Source of the DNA: Amphiscolops sp. MND2022
Lineage: Eukaryota
Assembly (NCBI GenBank): GCA_964187785.1
Contig: OZ076409.1
Location: forward strand, 36,520,001 to 36,584,000
Direction: 5' to 3'
Length of the DNA stretch: 64,000 nucleotides
Shown: one piece after another, positions 51,801-63,100 of the stretch
Layout: each line of letters starts with the position of its first letter
Numbering within the stretch: the stretch's first letter is position 1
Translations under genes and position numbers: made by a program
The notes under the pieces: model-generated
Seen by the model: the letters and a program-made list of their open reading frames with translations, nothing else
Databases searched by the model: none
Told to the model about the DNA's origin: nothing

Positions 51801-52871
51801 AAAGTATACGTACTGTTCTGAATCGTTTGTGAAGCTCTGGTTCCAACTTCATCCACAAGCTGTCTTCCCAACAAAGCCACATCCTGAGGGCTTAACGCTA
51901 ACCCACCGGGGCCACTCAGAGGATCTTCCTCTTGACCTAAAACATCAACCCCCGGCTAAAACCTGAAGAACAAAACACAAGATCACCCTCCCTTCCACAG
52001 TTTGAATATAAAAATACCTCACAATTGACCCAAATAACGACCCTACCCACAATATATAAATAATACTAACTACTCAAAGGATTAGCTACAACAGTATCCA
52101 GAGGAGGAGACGACGAAGAACCCCTTGCATTCCGACTGCGTTTGCTGGGGGTCACGATTTTCACGGAAGTCTTCCGTGACCTGCTCAATTTTGAACCTAC
52201 AACAATCACACCTTTTGACTCACCCGTATACAACGCGGAAAACGCTCACAACAAACAACAAAACTGCCAAGTAACCTTTCAAAACTCCAGGGCGGGGATT
52301 AGCCTCACCTTCGTGAGACTCTTCGCTAGTGTCCAAACGTTGTTGCGAGTCAGCTATCAACCCAGAAAGCCCAGGTCCACTAACCCCAACTGCAGTGCCA
52401 CCCGGATCTGCGGCGGAACAACTGACTGCTTCAGTCGTGGGAAGGTCAAACTCTGAGACGTTAGGCAACACAGTAGTCAGCATCTCGCTAACAGTAAGTA
52501 ATGGAGCCGTCGACAAAACGGAAGACACAGGTGGCAGTTTGGAAAAAGACTCTGGTAACCCTCCTTCATCTCCAAAGGAAGAACTGGCCGGGACAGCCCC
52601 GGGAACAACAGAGGAGGAAGCAGGTTGAGTTACTGAAAATCAAGATCTGGTTTGACGCGTCAGAGTTACGGGTAAGACTGGAAAAGGCTGATCACCAAAA
52701 CAACAGTCCAATTACCCAAGAGAGTCAGAAAGATTTTTACCAACCTGGAACATGACACACAGGATCGCCTTCTGAATGCAGAACATCACCGTCGGAATAA
52801 CAATAATTGGTTTCATTGCCACTAAGACAACCAGCAGCAGTGGCGGCAGGAACCTCACTCTCCTTATCCAT
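48842..52871 (-). CDS. Antisense 8-exon cargo gene, predicted 1077 aa, hAT-transposase-derived zinc-finger protein lacking catalytic residues. Exons: 52871-52745, 52632-52309, 52196-52071, 51936-51814, 51688-51108, 51029-50409, 50310-50229, 50091-48842
   Basis: Seven GT..AG introns of 112, 112, 134, 125, 78, 98 and 137 nt (donors GTTGGT, GTGAGG, GTTAGT, GTACGT, GTTGGT, GTGGGT, GTAAGT; T-rich acceptors). Phases 1,1,1,1,0,0,1 join into 3234 nt with no internal stop. C-x2-C-x16-H-x5-H finger at 51524-51444. The exon 6 acceptor could instead be 51015 (same phase). The 5' exons are less certain than exons 5-8. Confidence 0.82.
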
Positions 52872-52949
52872 AAGCAGAAAGAATCTGAAACAAAAAAATT
52901 ACAATCAAAAGTGAGCAGAGAAAAGAAAGATGGCAGAACTACCCCGGAA

Positions 52950-53200
52950 GGATGATGTCATGAGAAGAATTAAATCCAAAAAAATTAAGGAGAAAACCTA
53001 AAAGAGAAAAAAAAAAGGACATTTTCAAAATCATGACGTCCCGCGAATTATTCCCAGAAAAAGAATTGATGACGTCATGATGTAGCTCAAAATTGGAAAC
53101 TTATTTCACGGCTCAGCCAATCACAACGCAGATGGAAGTGAAACGCTTTCCGAAGATGAAACGAATTGATATAAAAAGGAAAATAATAGCCAATGAGAAT
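52950..53200. promoter_or_regulatory. Putative internal bidirectional promoter
   Basis: Lies between divergent ATGs (52871 minus, 53295 plus). Palindromic CRE ATGACGTCAT (53069-53078), near-CREs at 52953 and 53034, AGCCAAT boxes at 53115 and 53188, TATAAAAAG at 53170. Confidence 0.5.
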
Positions 53201-53294
53201 GCAGGAAAATTACGAACGGAAGAAAGTTAACCTCTTCACTTGCCGCATTCTAAACGTAAAGATAAGACAGCTTGCAATAATCAAAAAACTTAAA

Positions 53295-54029
53295 ATGAAT
53301 AACTACGACTTAGTTATCGATATCTCCTCCGACGAAGAAGAACGGGGAAGCAACGTAAGACAGAGCACCCCGATCAAAATACTCCCGCTTAATGTGATAA
53401 CAACTCTGGATCTTTCTGAAGCCTCCTTAGAAGCTACAAAAGGCAGCGCAGAAGAGATGATGGACTCTATCAATAGTCTAAATTTATCTGGCATCTCAGC
53501 GTCTACATTTGAGACTATCGGTTCTCCGAGAAAAATAAACCTCGGCTCTACAAGCCCTGGTGAAGCCTTCATAGTGGAAGGACATAATACTGAAACGTCT
53601 GAAGAAAGCTACTTCGAAGAGCCGGATACTCCCCGTCAATTACCGCCGCTGCAGCCCGCCCCAGTATTACGAGACGTGTCTAACAAAGAACTGCAGTACT
53701 ATGGACCGCCTGCAAAAGCCGACAAACTCGATGATTTGATGGAGCCAGCAGTAGAAGAAATCGAAAACGCCTACGGCATAGATCTTCAAAGCAGCCGAGA
53801 GAGCAGCCCGTTGTGCGGACGGGGAACGCACTACACTTCTACAAAACTGGCAAGAGCACGGAAACAACCAGTATTGATCACTAGAGAAATTCCCCACTGC
53901 CCCAGACCGTGGTCAACAGGCTATAGAGGCGCCCTGTCACGACCCGCTCCCGGTCGGGATTTCACTTGCTGCGGAGGAATACCGCAATTCACGCGAGGAA
54001 AAGGACACGGCAGAGCTACGCAACACTAA
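53295..54029 (+). CDS. Accessory ORF3, 244 aa (278 aa from the upstream ATG at 53193), acidic and Ser-rich, unknown function; runs 95 nt into the 3' LTR
   Basis: Open frame with AAAATG context like gag; N-terminal 'LVIDISSDEEE'; no signal peptide or transmembrane stretch visible. Confidence 0.65.
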   Translation: MNNYDLVIDISSDEEERGSNVRQSTPIKILPLNVITTLDLSEASLEATKGSAEEMMDSINSLNLSGISASTFETIGSPRKINLGSTSPGEAFIVEGHNTETSEESYFEEPDTPRQLPPLQPAPVLRDVSNKELQYYGPPAKADKLDDLMEPAVEEIENAYGIDLQSSRESSPLCGRGTHYTSTKLARARKQPVLITREIPHCPRPWSTGYRGALSRPAPGRDFTCCGGIPQFTRGKGHGRATQH

Positions 54030-56052
54030 GTAAACTTTGTTTAATGCCTTACCTTTTATCCGAACAGCAGCACGAATTAGGTTTAACGGAAGCGCCACGT
54101 AAATTATTCAAAAATGATTTAGACAAAAAGAAAATTTCCGGTTTAATGATTTCACATGCAATCATTTCATCACTTCCGGTTTCAACTGATGAAAATTCCA
54201 TGTCAATCTAAATATTAAAAAAGAAAACATCCTTAACACTGGGATTAATTTTTCTCTTCTCCACACTAAAATGAAAACACTAAAACAATATTTAATTCCG
54301 TAATCCCAACGGAACGCATACAATCTAAAATGAAAGAACATACAAAGAAGATGGTGGAATTGTTTTCCAATGATTGAATAGTTGTGAATATCCACTTAAG
54401 AATGCAGTCAAACAACTTAAGAGAATATTTACAACGTAATGGCAGCGTCACTAAGCTTGATTGAAAGGTAGACGTTTCTATTTTTACGGACCAATAGCGT
54501 CGTCTTTCACCATCCCTAATCACCATAGCAACGCCAATTGAGCGAGAGAATAAGAATGAATTTGTCAACGCTGTCCGCTCTGTCTCCGCAAGCAAGCACC
54601 GCTCAGCTATACCTAATCTTAATACGTACGGAGCGCTTACGGAGCAAATTGTAATGCGAAGAAGCTATACCTAATCTTATTACGTACGGAGTGTTTACGG
54701 GGCGAATTGTAAATCGACGAAGTTATACCTAATGTTAATACATGTAAGACAAGCGTGGAAAATTCTAAAACATAGAAGCTATCCAAATACATCAGGATGA
54801 TCCCGAGGTCATGTAGAATTATCCCAAGATATTTAAATTATCATAAGGTTTTATTTTTTCCACCCGAATTTTCCCCGTCTTAGTGATCGATTAAAATGGT
54901 TCGTGCTGTTAATTAGGATAAAAGTGAATCCTTACAAAGAGTGCTTCTTCCTATTCTGTATAAGGATGCTCTGTGTACTAATCACGTTGTAGAAACGTTG
55001 CTTTCATGAATATACTATTTATTTGTTGCATTTATCAGTATTAACTGACTGAATTCATGTAAAGTTAGGTAGAATATTGTTGGTTGTTCTCTGATGTACA
55101 ATAATCAGGTCTTTTAGTTCATATTCATCATTTTCCAGCATCATTTGTTCCTTCCCAAATATCACAATTTATCAACCCGAAATTCGTTCGAAATATTTCC
55201 GTAACAAACTTCACTTGTCATTTCTTTTATCGCAAGCTGAAAAGTTACTGTTCATAAAGTGAATCATCGTTCACGCCCGCGTGCTTTCCGCGATAAAGTT
55301 TCGACTTGACATTTGTTTTGCCGCCTTTCCCGCGATCAAACCGGAAATGATGTTAATGAACAAAAATGATTTCAACAAGTACTCCGTAAGGGAGCCGCGA
55401 CTGGGAATTCTAAATCGTGAACAATTAATTAAAGGGTTGAAATAATAGAGATGATTAAGCACTTTTGTTGAACAAAACCGATTTTTAGGATTCCTAGGAA
55501 TTTTTAGGTGAGGAACAAATGATGCTGTGAAAGTATATATACCTAAGAATTTGTAAATCTAATCAATCTGTTTTCCTAATCTACTCCGTTGATACTTCGT
55601 TTCGAAAACCATATTTCTTTGAAGAATTCAAATTTTTCCAAAGAACAATCGCTCTCTCGTTCTATCGAAAATGACTACTAGAAGCCAGAAGAGAAAAGCT
55701 GTTGAAGAATTAGTTTCCACCGAAATGGAGACCCCAATAGCTGAGGTCAACCAAAACCTAAATCCCGTAGCGGGGTCAAGTAAATCTCCTAGAGTAATCA
55801 CTGAAAATCTAGAAGAAATCAAGTCTTCGCTAAGAAAAGAAATCATGTCTGATCTTACCAAAATCTTAGCCGAAAACCAAAAGGAGATGTTAAAACTTAT
55901 AGCTGCTCCTGTTAAAAAACAAACTGTCATAGCCACTACTGAAGAGACAGATTCTGAATCCGAAAACATCCCGGAAAATGCAACTTCAACACCAATCAAA
56001 AGTAAAACCACTGTGACTAATCGTAAAATCACCCCGGTAAATAGTCGTAACA
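53935..56052 (+). repeat. Gypsy 3' LTR (2118 bp)
   Basis: Direct repeat of 40320-42437, followed by TSD ATTTG. Confidence 0.97.
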
Positions 56053-56060
56053 ATTTGTGA
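55671..56060 (+). CDS. LTR-borne copy of the Gag N-terminus (127 codons in the LTR plus 2 from the flank, then stop)
   Basis: Identical to gag residues 1-127; terminates in the host flank just after the TSD. Expression unknown. Confidence 0.45.
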   Translation: MTTRSQKRKAVEELVSTEMETPIAEVNQNLNPVAGSSKSPRVITENLEEIKSSLRKEIMSDLTKILAENQKEMLKLIAAPVKKQTVIATTEETDSESENIPENATSTPIKSKTTVTNRKITPVNSRNNL

Positions 56061-56301
56061 ATACGCTCAGGGACAGTTATTAACTTGTCAACAAATTTAC
56101 GGTATCAAAAAAACCAAAAAACTTTTGAGGCACGAAAAATGCTTTTCTTATTTTGAAAACTATAGAAAATCATATGTGAGACAGTCACACAGTGCCGATA
56201 AACCCAAAAAGCCCTTAGAACTTGCAAAACGCTTTTTCTTTTTTGATAACATCAGAAATTGTAGAGGGACTCTTCGCGGAATTAAATTGCTTTCCCAGAG
56301 A

Positions 56302-57165
56302 TGTAACGGCTGCTTGATCCCTTCAATTGACCAAACTTTACGCCGCCCTGAATTCGGTGCTCGGCACTGCGGATCGTTACCGAGCACTGCTTGCTTCGTA
56401 GATTAAAAGGACTGTATCTTGACTTAGTAGGATCCAATGATCCCGAATTGCACTTCTTCCTTGTCTCTTAACACGTCCAACTCTCCACAAGTTGAGAGTA
56501 ACTAACTTAGTCGCCCTAAGTCTTTGGCGAAAAGTCGAAAAGAGGTGAAGAAATGAATTGAGAACTGAAATGGTCCTAAGACCCAACTTGACTACAGCTA
56601 TTCAGTCGTTAAAATCTCTATCTAATAATGGTATAAACGTGGTTTACAATTCTACAGTAAATATAAGGCGAAGACAAGTTGAAATATGTGGTATAAATAA
56701 ATGACATTTGAGTGAATTATTAAAGTTATTGGCTATGTAAACAAAGCACATGGTGGTTTTAGCATGTTGATTAGGTGGGCTCTAAAGCATGTTTACACAT
56801 GGTAAATATCACTAATTTCAACAGAGTTACATTCTAATGTGGTCATATAGGTAACTATCAACATTTACATTTTTGGTTCAATGACCTTGAACAACACACA
56901 TGTGGGGGGTAAAAGGGGTTATAATGGGTGGATGACCTTGAAACTTGGCCAGTGTGTTTGGGTTATGTATCTGCATGTGTGTGCCAAGTTTCGTGGCTCT
57001 AGGGTTAACAGTCTTGGAGAAAACCCATTTGGGGGGGGTTTTCCATTTTGGTCCCCCTCATTATTTGATCAAATTTTCATCTAAGTTTTTAAGAGTTTAA
57101 GTTTTGTTTCTCAACCAGCAAGTTCTGAATTGAGTTTCTCTGCCTTCTGATGACTGGCGCCAACA
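56302..57165 (-). repeat. BEL/Pao 3' LTR (~864 bp)
   Basis: Minus strand reads purine-rich GGGAGAAAAACAGGGCCGGCAA, then TGTTGGCGCC (57165) ... GCCGTTACA (56302). The inner boundary is inferred because the other LTR is truncated by the window. Confidence 0.8.
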
Positions 57166-60100
57166 TTGCCGGCCCTGTTTTTCTCCCGAAAAACACTTTC
57201 GTAGAACATGGGTGCCAGTTTCACTACTGGTCTTTTGAGTTTACCGTCTTTTGTCAGAACTGTCGCAGATCTGACTCTGCCATCGCTTCCTTCTTGCACT
57301 TCAAATACTCTCGCCATCTTGTAGCTGGACCTTTTCACGTTTTCATCCACGACCCAAACCAAATCATTCACTTTCAGTTGTCTCACATCATCTTTGTTCC
57401 ACTTATTACGCACATTCCATTCCGGCAGATATTCTTTAGTCCATCTGGTCCAGATCATATCTGAATAAGCTTGAGACACTCGAAATACTCGTCTCAAATC
57501 CGTGTAACGTTGAGCGTCTGGTAGGAATGGTGTGGCTGAATTAGCTCTTCCCATTAAGAAATGATTTGGTGTCAAAGCTTCCAAGTCATCTGGATCATCA
57601 CTAACACTTGTCAGTGGTCTAGCGTTCAACGTCTGCTCTACTAGGCACATGGTTGTTATGAGAACGTCGTCAGTCAAAGATCGTCCATCCAATACAGCTA
57701 TCATCGCCTTTTTACAACTTCGGACCAATCGTTCCCAGATTCCTCCAAAGTGAGGAGCTCCAGGAGGGTTGAATTTCCACTTGATGTCCTTTTGAGCTAA
57801 AGACGTCTCAATGTCTGACTGATTCCATGCATTTATACAATCTCTCATTTCTTTGGCTGCACCCACGAAGTTCGTCCCATTATCGCTCAAAATTGTAGCA
57901 GGTTTGCCTCTACGGGCAATAAACCGTGTGATAGCAGTTAAACAGGTGTCTGCTTCCAAAGACGGAACAACTTCGATGTGAACTGCCCTAGTTGTCAAAC
58001 ATGTGAAGAGACAGCACCATCTCTTCATTGTCTTGCGCATGAATTTCACTTCAAAGGGACCAAAATAATCAACCCCAGTGTTGGTAAAGGGGAACACTCG
58101 TTCCTGCAATCTTTCTCTTGGCAAATCAGCCATAAATGGTTGAGACACTGCCGCTTGTTGCTTTCTACACTTAACACATTTCGCTTTGACGCTCCTCAGA
58201 GCGTTTCGCAATCCAATAATCCAGTATTCTTGTCTTAGAACACTTCTTACGTATTCTGTGCCTTCATGAAAATTCGCTTGATGTGCATCTTCAATCAACT
58301 TGATGACAACATAATGCTTTGCTGACAACAAGATTGGGTGTTTGATTTCATAACTTGATTTGGAATGCTGCAGTCGACCTTGTAGTCGTAGCAACTCATT
58401 TTCGTCCAGAAACGGTGATAGTTTATTCAATTGATCTGAAGCCGACAACGGCTGTCCTTTGTAGATCTTCTCGTAGGCATCATGAAAACTTTCCTTCTGA
58501 CAACGCTTCAAAACTGCCAGTTTTGCCGCATTGAGTTCTTCAACTGTCAGAATTCCTTCGGATTTCTTTTTCCTCCATCTAAGGCAATATGACAGCACTC
58601 GAATCATTTTCTTGAAAGAACTAAATCTTTCCCATTCGAATGCTGGTTCCATTACAGCAGCTTCCATGACTGGTTCAGGCTCTTCTCGAATGCTAAATTG
58701 CAACTTTTCAGGCGCCTTAGGCCAGGCGTCTTCTGTCTCGGTGAGCCACGCCGGCCCTGTGAGCCACTCACTTTCCTTTAGGGCTTCAACTGTCATTCCT
58801 CGAGTTCCAATGTCAGCAGGATTCAGTTTTCCTTCAACATGTCGCCATTGATCGATAGTTGAATTTTCGAGAATTTCAGCAACGCGGTTCGCCACAAAGA
58901 CAGGTTGTTTGTTGTTGCTCGCGTGAAGCCATTGTAGGACCGTTGTTGAATCTGTCCAATGTACAATTCGGTCCACTTCAATATCATGTTCCTCCAAAAT
59001 GCGTTCTCGGAGTCTTACTCCAAAAACTGCTGCCTGCATCTCCAACTTAGCCACTGTCATGTTTCGTATTGGAGCTACTCTACATTTTCCAATAACAAAG
59101 GTCACTTCGCCATTATCTTGGTTTCTCAAATAAGCAACCATACACATTGCTTCCAACGAAGCGTCTGAGAAGATATGTAGATCAACTTTGTTCACTCCAG
59201 ACTTGAAGTATGTTCTTTTAAGAACCATTCGATTCACATGAATCATCTCTGATACCCATTTCTTAAAATCATGTTGATCTTCTTCATTCAGTTCTTTATC
59301 CCACGACTGGCCGTTCTCCTTCCATATTGATTTCAATAGCAATCGCATTCTGATTGTAAAAGGAGACACCATTCCCAGAGGGTCGAATACTGCTGAAACA
59401 TGAGATAACACCGCTCTCTGCGTTATCTTCTCCGGTATTTCCTTCTGCATTCCTCTACAAACTTCCAGGTTGTCTGCGTCAACGTTCCATTGCAGTCCCA
59501 AGATAGATGGAGAAGTCGGCTCAGCTTCGAAGGTTTTACTAGAGGACGGTGACTTGTCTGCTTCGTCGATAGACGTCAAAGTCTGTTCGCAGTTGCTAAT
59601 CCATTTTGTCAACTGAAAGCCTCCCCTCGCCAACATCGCTCTCAACAATTGGTATATTTCAATGGCCTGCTCTGCGCTGGAAACAGACTTGACAAAGTCA
59701 TCCATATAGAAGTTCCGCTTTATCAGTTTGGTAATTTGTGGGGACTTCTGTGCATTATCTCTTGCAACTTGTTGCAGTGCATAATTGGCGCAAGTTGGCG
59801 AACTTTTGGCTCCGAAGATATGTCTTCCATACTCATACACCTTAACGGGTTCATTTGTATCGTCTCTCCATAGAAATCTCAACACTTTACAATCTTCCGG
59901 CGGTACTTTCACTTGTAGGAACATCGCTTCAATGTCAGCAGTGATGGCGATCCTTTGTTCTCTAAACCTGAAGATTATTCCAATCAGATTCTGCAGCAGG
60001 TCCGGCCCTGTTAAGAGGTTATCGTTCAAGGAAATTCCACGGAATTTCGATGCAGCGTTGCACACTCGCCTCACTTTTCCTGGTTTGTTTGGATTTTCTA

Positions 60101-63100
60101 CTGGGTGATGTGGAACATACCACTGTCTTTCCAATTTTGTAACTTCTAATTCTTCTTGCTTCAGAACTCTAACGAATCCCTTTTCAACATCTACTTTGAT
60201 AGATTCTTGATAGAGTTTCTTCAACTCCGGTTTCTTTTCAAGTCTATACTCCAACGATTTCATTTGGCTTAATGCAGAAGAGTAATTGTTCGGCAAGAAG
60301 GGGTCACTTCTTTTCCAGAGAAGACCGACTTCATATCTTTCGCCATCAAACTTTGTGGTTTGTTCTAGCATCTGCAAGGCTTTCTCATCTTCCTTGGACC
60401 TTCCAGATACATCGCAGCGAGATGCGTAGGATTCTATGTCCCACCACGTTTTTATCTGTTCTGCCAGTGCATCATCTTTAGAAGCTGTTACGCAAGATGC
60501 AGTCATCTGCACAGCTTCTTGTTGTGGAAGTGGTCCACAGAGGGTCCATCCAAGTTTCGTTTTCACCGCCCACGGCTCACCATTCGTGCCGCTTTTATAT
60601 TCCTCAGGCCGATGTATAGGGTAGCAGTTTTGCCCCAATATCATTTTAACATCCTTTAGTTTCAATGTTTCTTCGCTTAGAACCGACAAATGAGGATAGG
60701 CATGCTTGAGCTCTCTATAGTTGTAGATCTTTGATCCGGCGTCTATGTTTGGGTGCGTGTATACCGTCATGTGGTGTGTGTCGTTCCTTGCATTGCCACG
60801 AATTCCCACGGTGAGTCGTTCACATTTCACTTCATTTGTCCCATGTATTCCAGCAACACTCAGTTCCACTTCTTCACCGTGAGCATTTAACTTGTTGGCT
60901 AATTCCTTGTCTATGAACGATAGACTTGCTCCAGAGTCACACAACGCCAAGGTCGATTCTTGCCTTTTCCCAACTTGAATGATGACAGGTATAATTGGCA
61001 GAATTCCACTGCTCTTCAGTGAGCAAAATGCTGAATTTGCCTCCGCTTTCTGCTGTGGGCCTTCCGATCCACTTTCTTTCTGCCGTTCATTTGCCTCGCG
61101 ATGTAGCAGTCGATGGTGCCGCTTGTTACAACCTTTAACTCCACACGCTTTGTATGTGCAGTCTTTCACTACATGTTTCCCAGCCAAACAACAAAAGCAG
61201 AGTTTCAGCTCTTTGACTTTCTCGTATCGCGCTTGACATGTCATCTTCAGAAACTTCTCGCATTTCCACAAAGGGTGTTTACCATCTTTCAAAGGACAAT
61301 CATGACCAGTCTTCTTGTCGGCACTATCGTCAGCGAAGGTTGAGAATGTAGAGTTCTTTGGCTTGTCTTTACTTGCCCATTTCGGTTTGTCCGCGTTTGT
61401 ATTGCTTGTCATGAGAACGTCTTCCTGAACAGCCGCTACTTCTTGCAACCATGCACTGAACGCTTCAAGACCCATGTAGTAGTTAGCATTTTGTCTCGCG
61501 TAAGTTAACCATTTCGTCTTCATGTTCATTGGCAGTTTTCTGGTAGCACTGCTCAAGACGCCTTCTGACTGCAAGTCGCCAACATAGTTCATCTGCGTCA
61601 GAACTTGTACACAACTTGAAACTATTCTCGAGTATTTGACCAATGCTACGGAGTCGTACGCTTTCACTGGCGGAAAGGTGTATATTCGTCTCAATTGTGC
61701 GTTAACTACCACTTGTGGTCTTCCAAAGTGCGCGACCAAGGTATTCCAAGCAATATCATACATGTCTCCAGTGTAGCCTAGTCCAGCTATTACTTCCTTT
61801 GCCTTTCCAGTGACCAGCGTTTTGAAGTGATTCATCTTCAGACTGGTGTCAATGTTCGCAGCATGGACAGTCGAGAGGAACAACCCTGACCACTCAGGCC
61901 ATTCCAATGGGTCGCCTGAGAATTCTGCCAGCTTTAGCTTCGGCAAACTGGCTGGTAGGCTCACTGCTTCATTTCTTGTTGTCGCGAACTGACTCTGTAT
62001 GGGGGCAGAGTATTTAGCTGAGGGTGCCACTGGTGGTGGCAATGTGCCACTTCTCGTTTGGTTACTTAGCATTGGTTGGTTTGGAGGGTCGAAGTTCCCA
62101 AACTGCACATGCGGTTGAAATGTCTTATTCATTTGCATCTTCGCTGATGCAGCGTTCGGCGCGAATTGACTGGCCGACGTGCCATCCTTTACCATGGTCG
62201 GCTGCGCTGTCTTAGCAGCCAGATGGGACATTTGCGTTGTGTGTGGCAAAGGGTCAGGTTGTGGTTTGATAGGTTCGCTGGCCAGTGCGATTCTGGATAC
62301 CTCTTCTCCAAACTTCGTTGTTTTTTTGTCACATCCATTTTCATCAAGCCAAGAAGGTACCTTTTCGAACGGATCGCTGTGGATGGGTATTGGGGAGATG
62401 CTTCGCAAACTTGTGCTTGCTCTGCTTCCCTCCGCCCGAGCGATTTCCATTTCCTTCTCTGCGATTCGTTTAGCCCTTGCCTTCTCCTCTTGGAGTTTAG
62501 CTATTTCGAGTTCTTCTGTGAGTTTATCCATTTCCTCGTGTTTCTTCCGGATTTCTGCTTCGCGTTTCTTGGCAGCTATTTGTTCATCAATTTCTTCTTG
62601 TTTCTTGATTGCTTCCAGTTCGAGGAGCATCATTCGCTTTGTAGTAGTTGACTTTGAACTAACTGATGTTCTGTTGCCCTTTGAATGTGCCTTGCTTGCA
62701 CACTGATCTCTTTCTTCAGGTAGCGAATTCACCTCATTAACACAACGATTCTCAAACGAATACGGTCTATCGGTACCTTGTGCCATTTCTTCATTCGCAT
62801 TCTTCTGAGGGGAAGTGTCACGGGACTTTAGTTGTTGCTCTTGCCAATTCACCCTGGCCCGGGCCATGATTCCCTCCATACGATGCAATTCACTGTAGAT
62901 TGAAGTATCTCCACTGTGTTTCAACAACTCATCCATGTCGGCCACAATTTCATCTCTCCTTTTGAGGGTTTCTTCGTTTGCTTCCACCAATGCTTTGTAA
63001 TCCTCTGAGTTGCAAAGAGTATCCCGATTTTTATTGATTTCATCTTCGTTTTTTTGAAGCATTTCATCACATTTCTCTTTGGAGGTTTGAAGTTGTAGGA

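Larger units (their letters stand above)
40320..56052 (+). mobile_element. Full-length Ty3/Gypsy LTR retrotransposon, 15,733 bp, with extra cargo genes
   Basis: Two 2118-bp direct repeats offset by 13,615 bp, with TGTCACGAC...GTCGTAACA ends; 5-bp TSD ATTTG (40315-40319 and 56053-56057); PBS; gag; pol in PR-RT-RH-IN order. Confidence 0.98.

Noticed and set aside
48676..53200. Cargo as a nested hAT transposon inserted into the Gypsy element
   Set aside because: No TIR pair or 8-bp TSD seen; catalytic motifs are lost while the frame is intact; base-composition bias appears to match the host element.
48842..54029. Extra ORFs as an env gene (errantivirus-like)
   Set aside because: The large ORFs are antisense, and the sense ORF3 shows no signal peptide, furin/fusion peptide or transmembrane anchor.
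40320..56052. The 2.1-kb direct repeat as a segmental duplication or assembly error
   Set aside because: TG..CA ends, a PBS, a perfect TSD and three substitutions identify genuine LTRs.
42013..62706. Opposite-strand ORFs overlapping gag, pol and the BEL polyprotein
   Set aside because: Shadow frames expected from codon bias; no independent motifs or splice logic.
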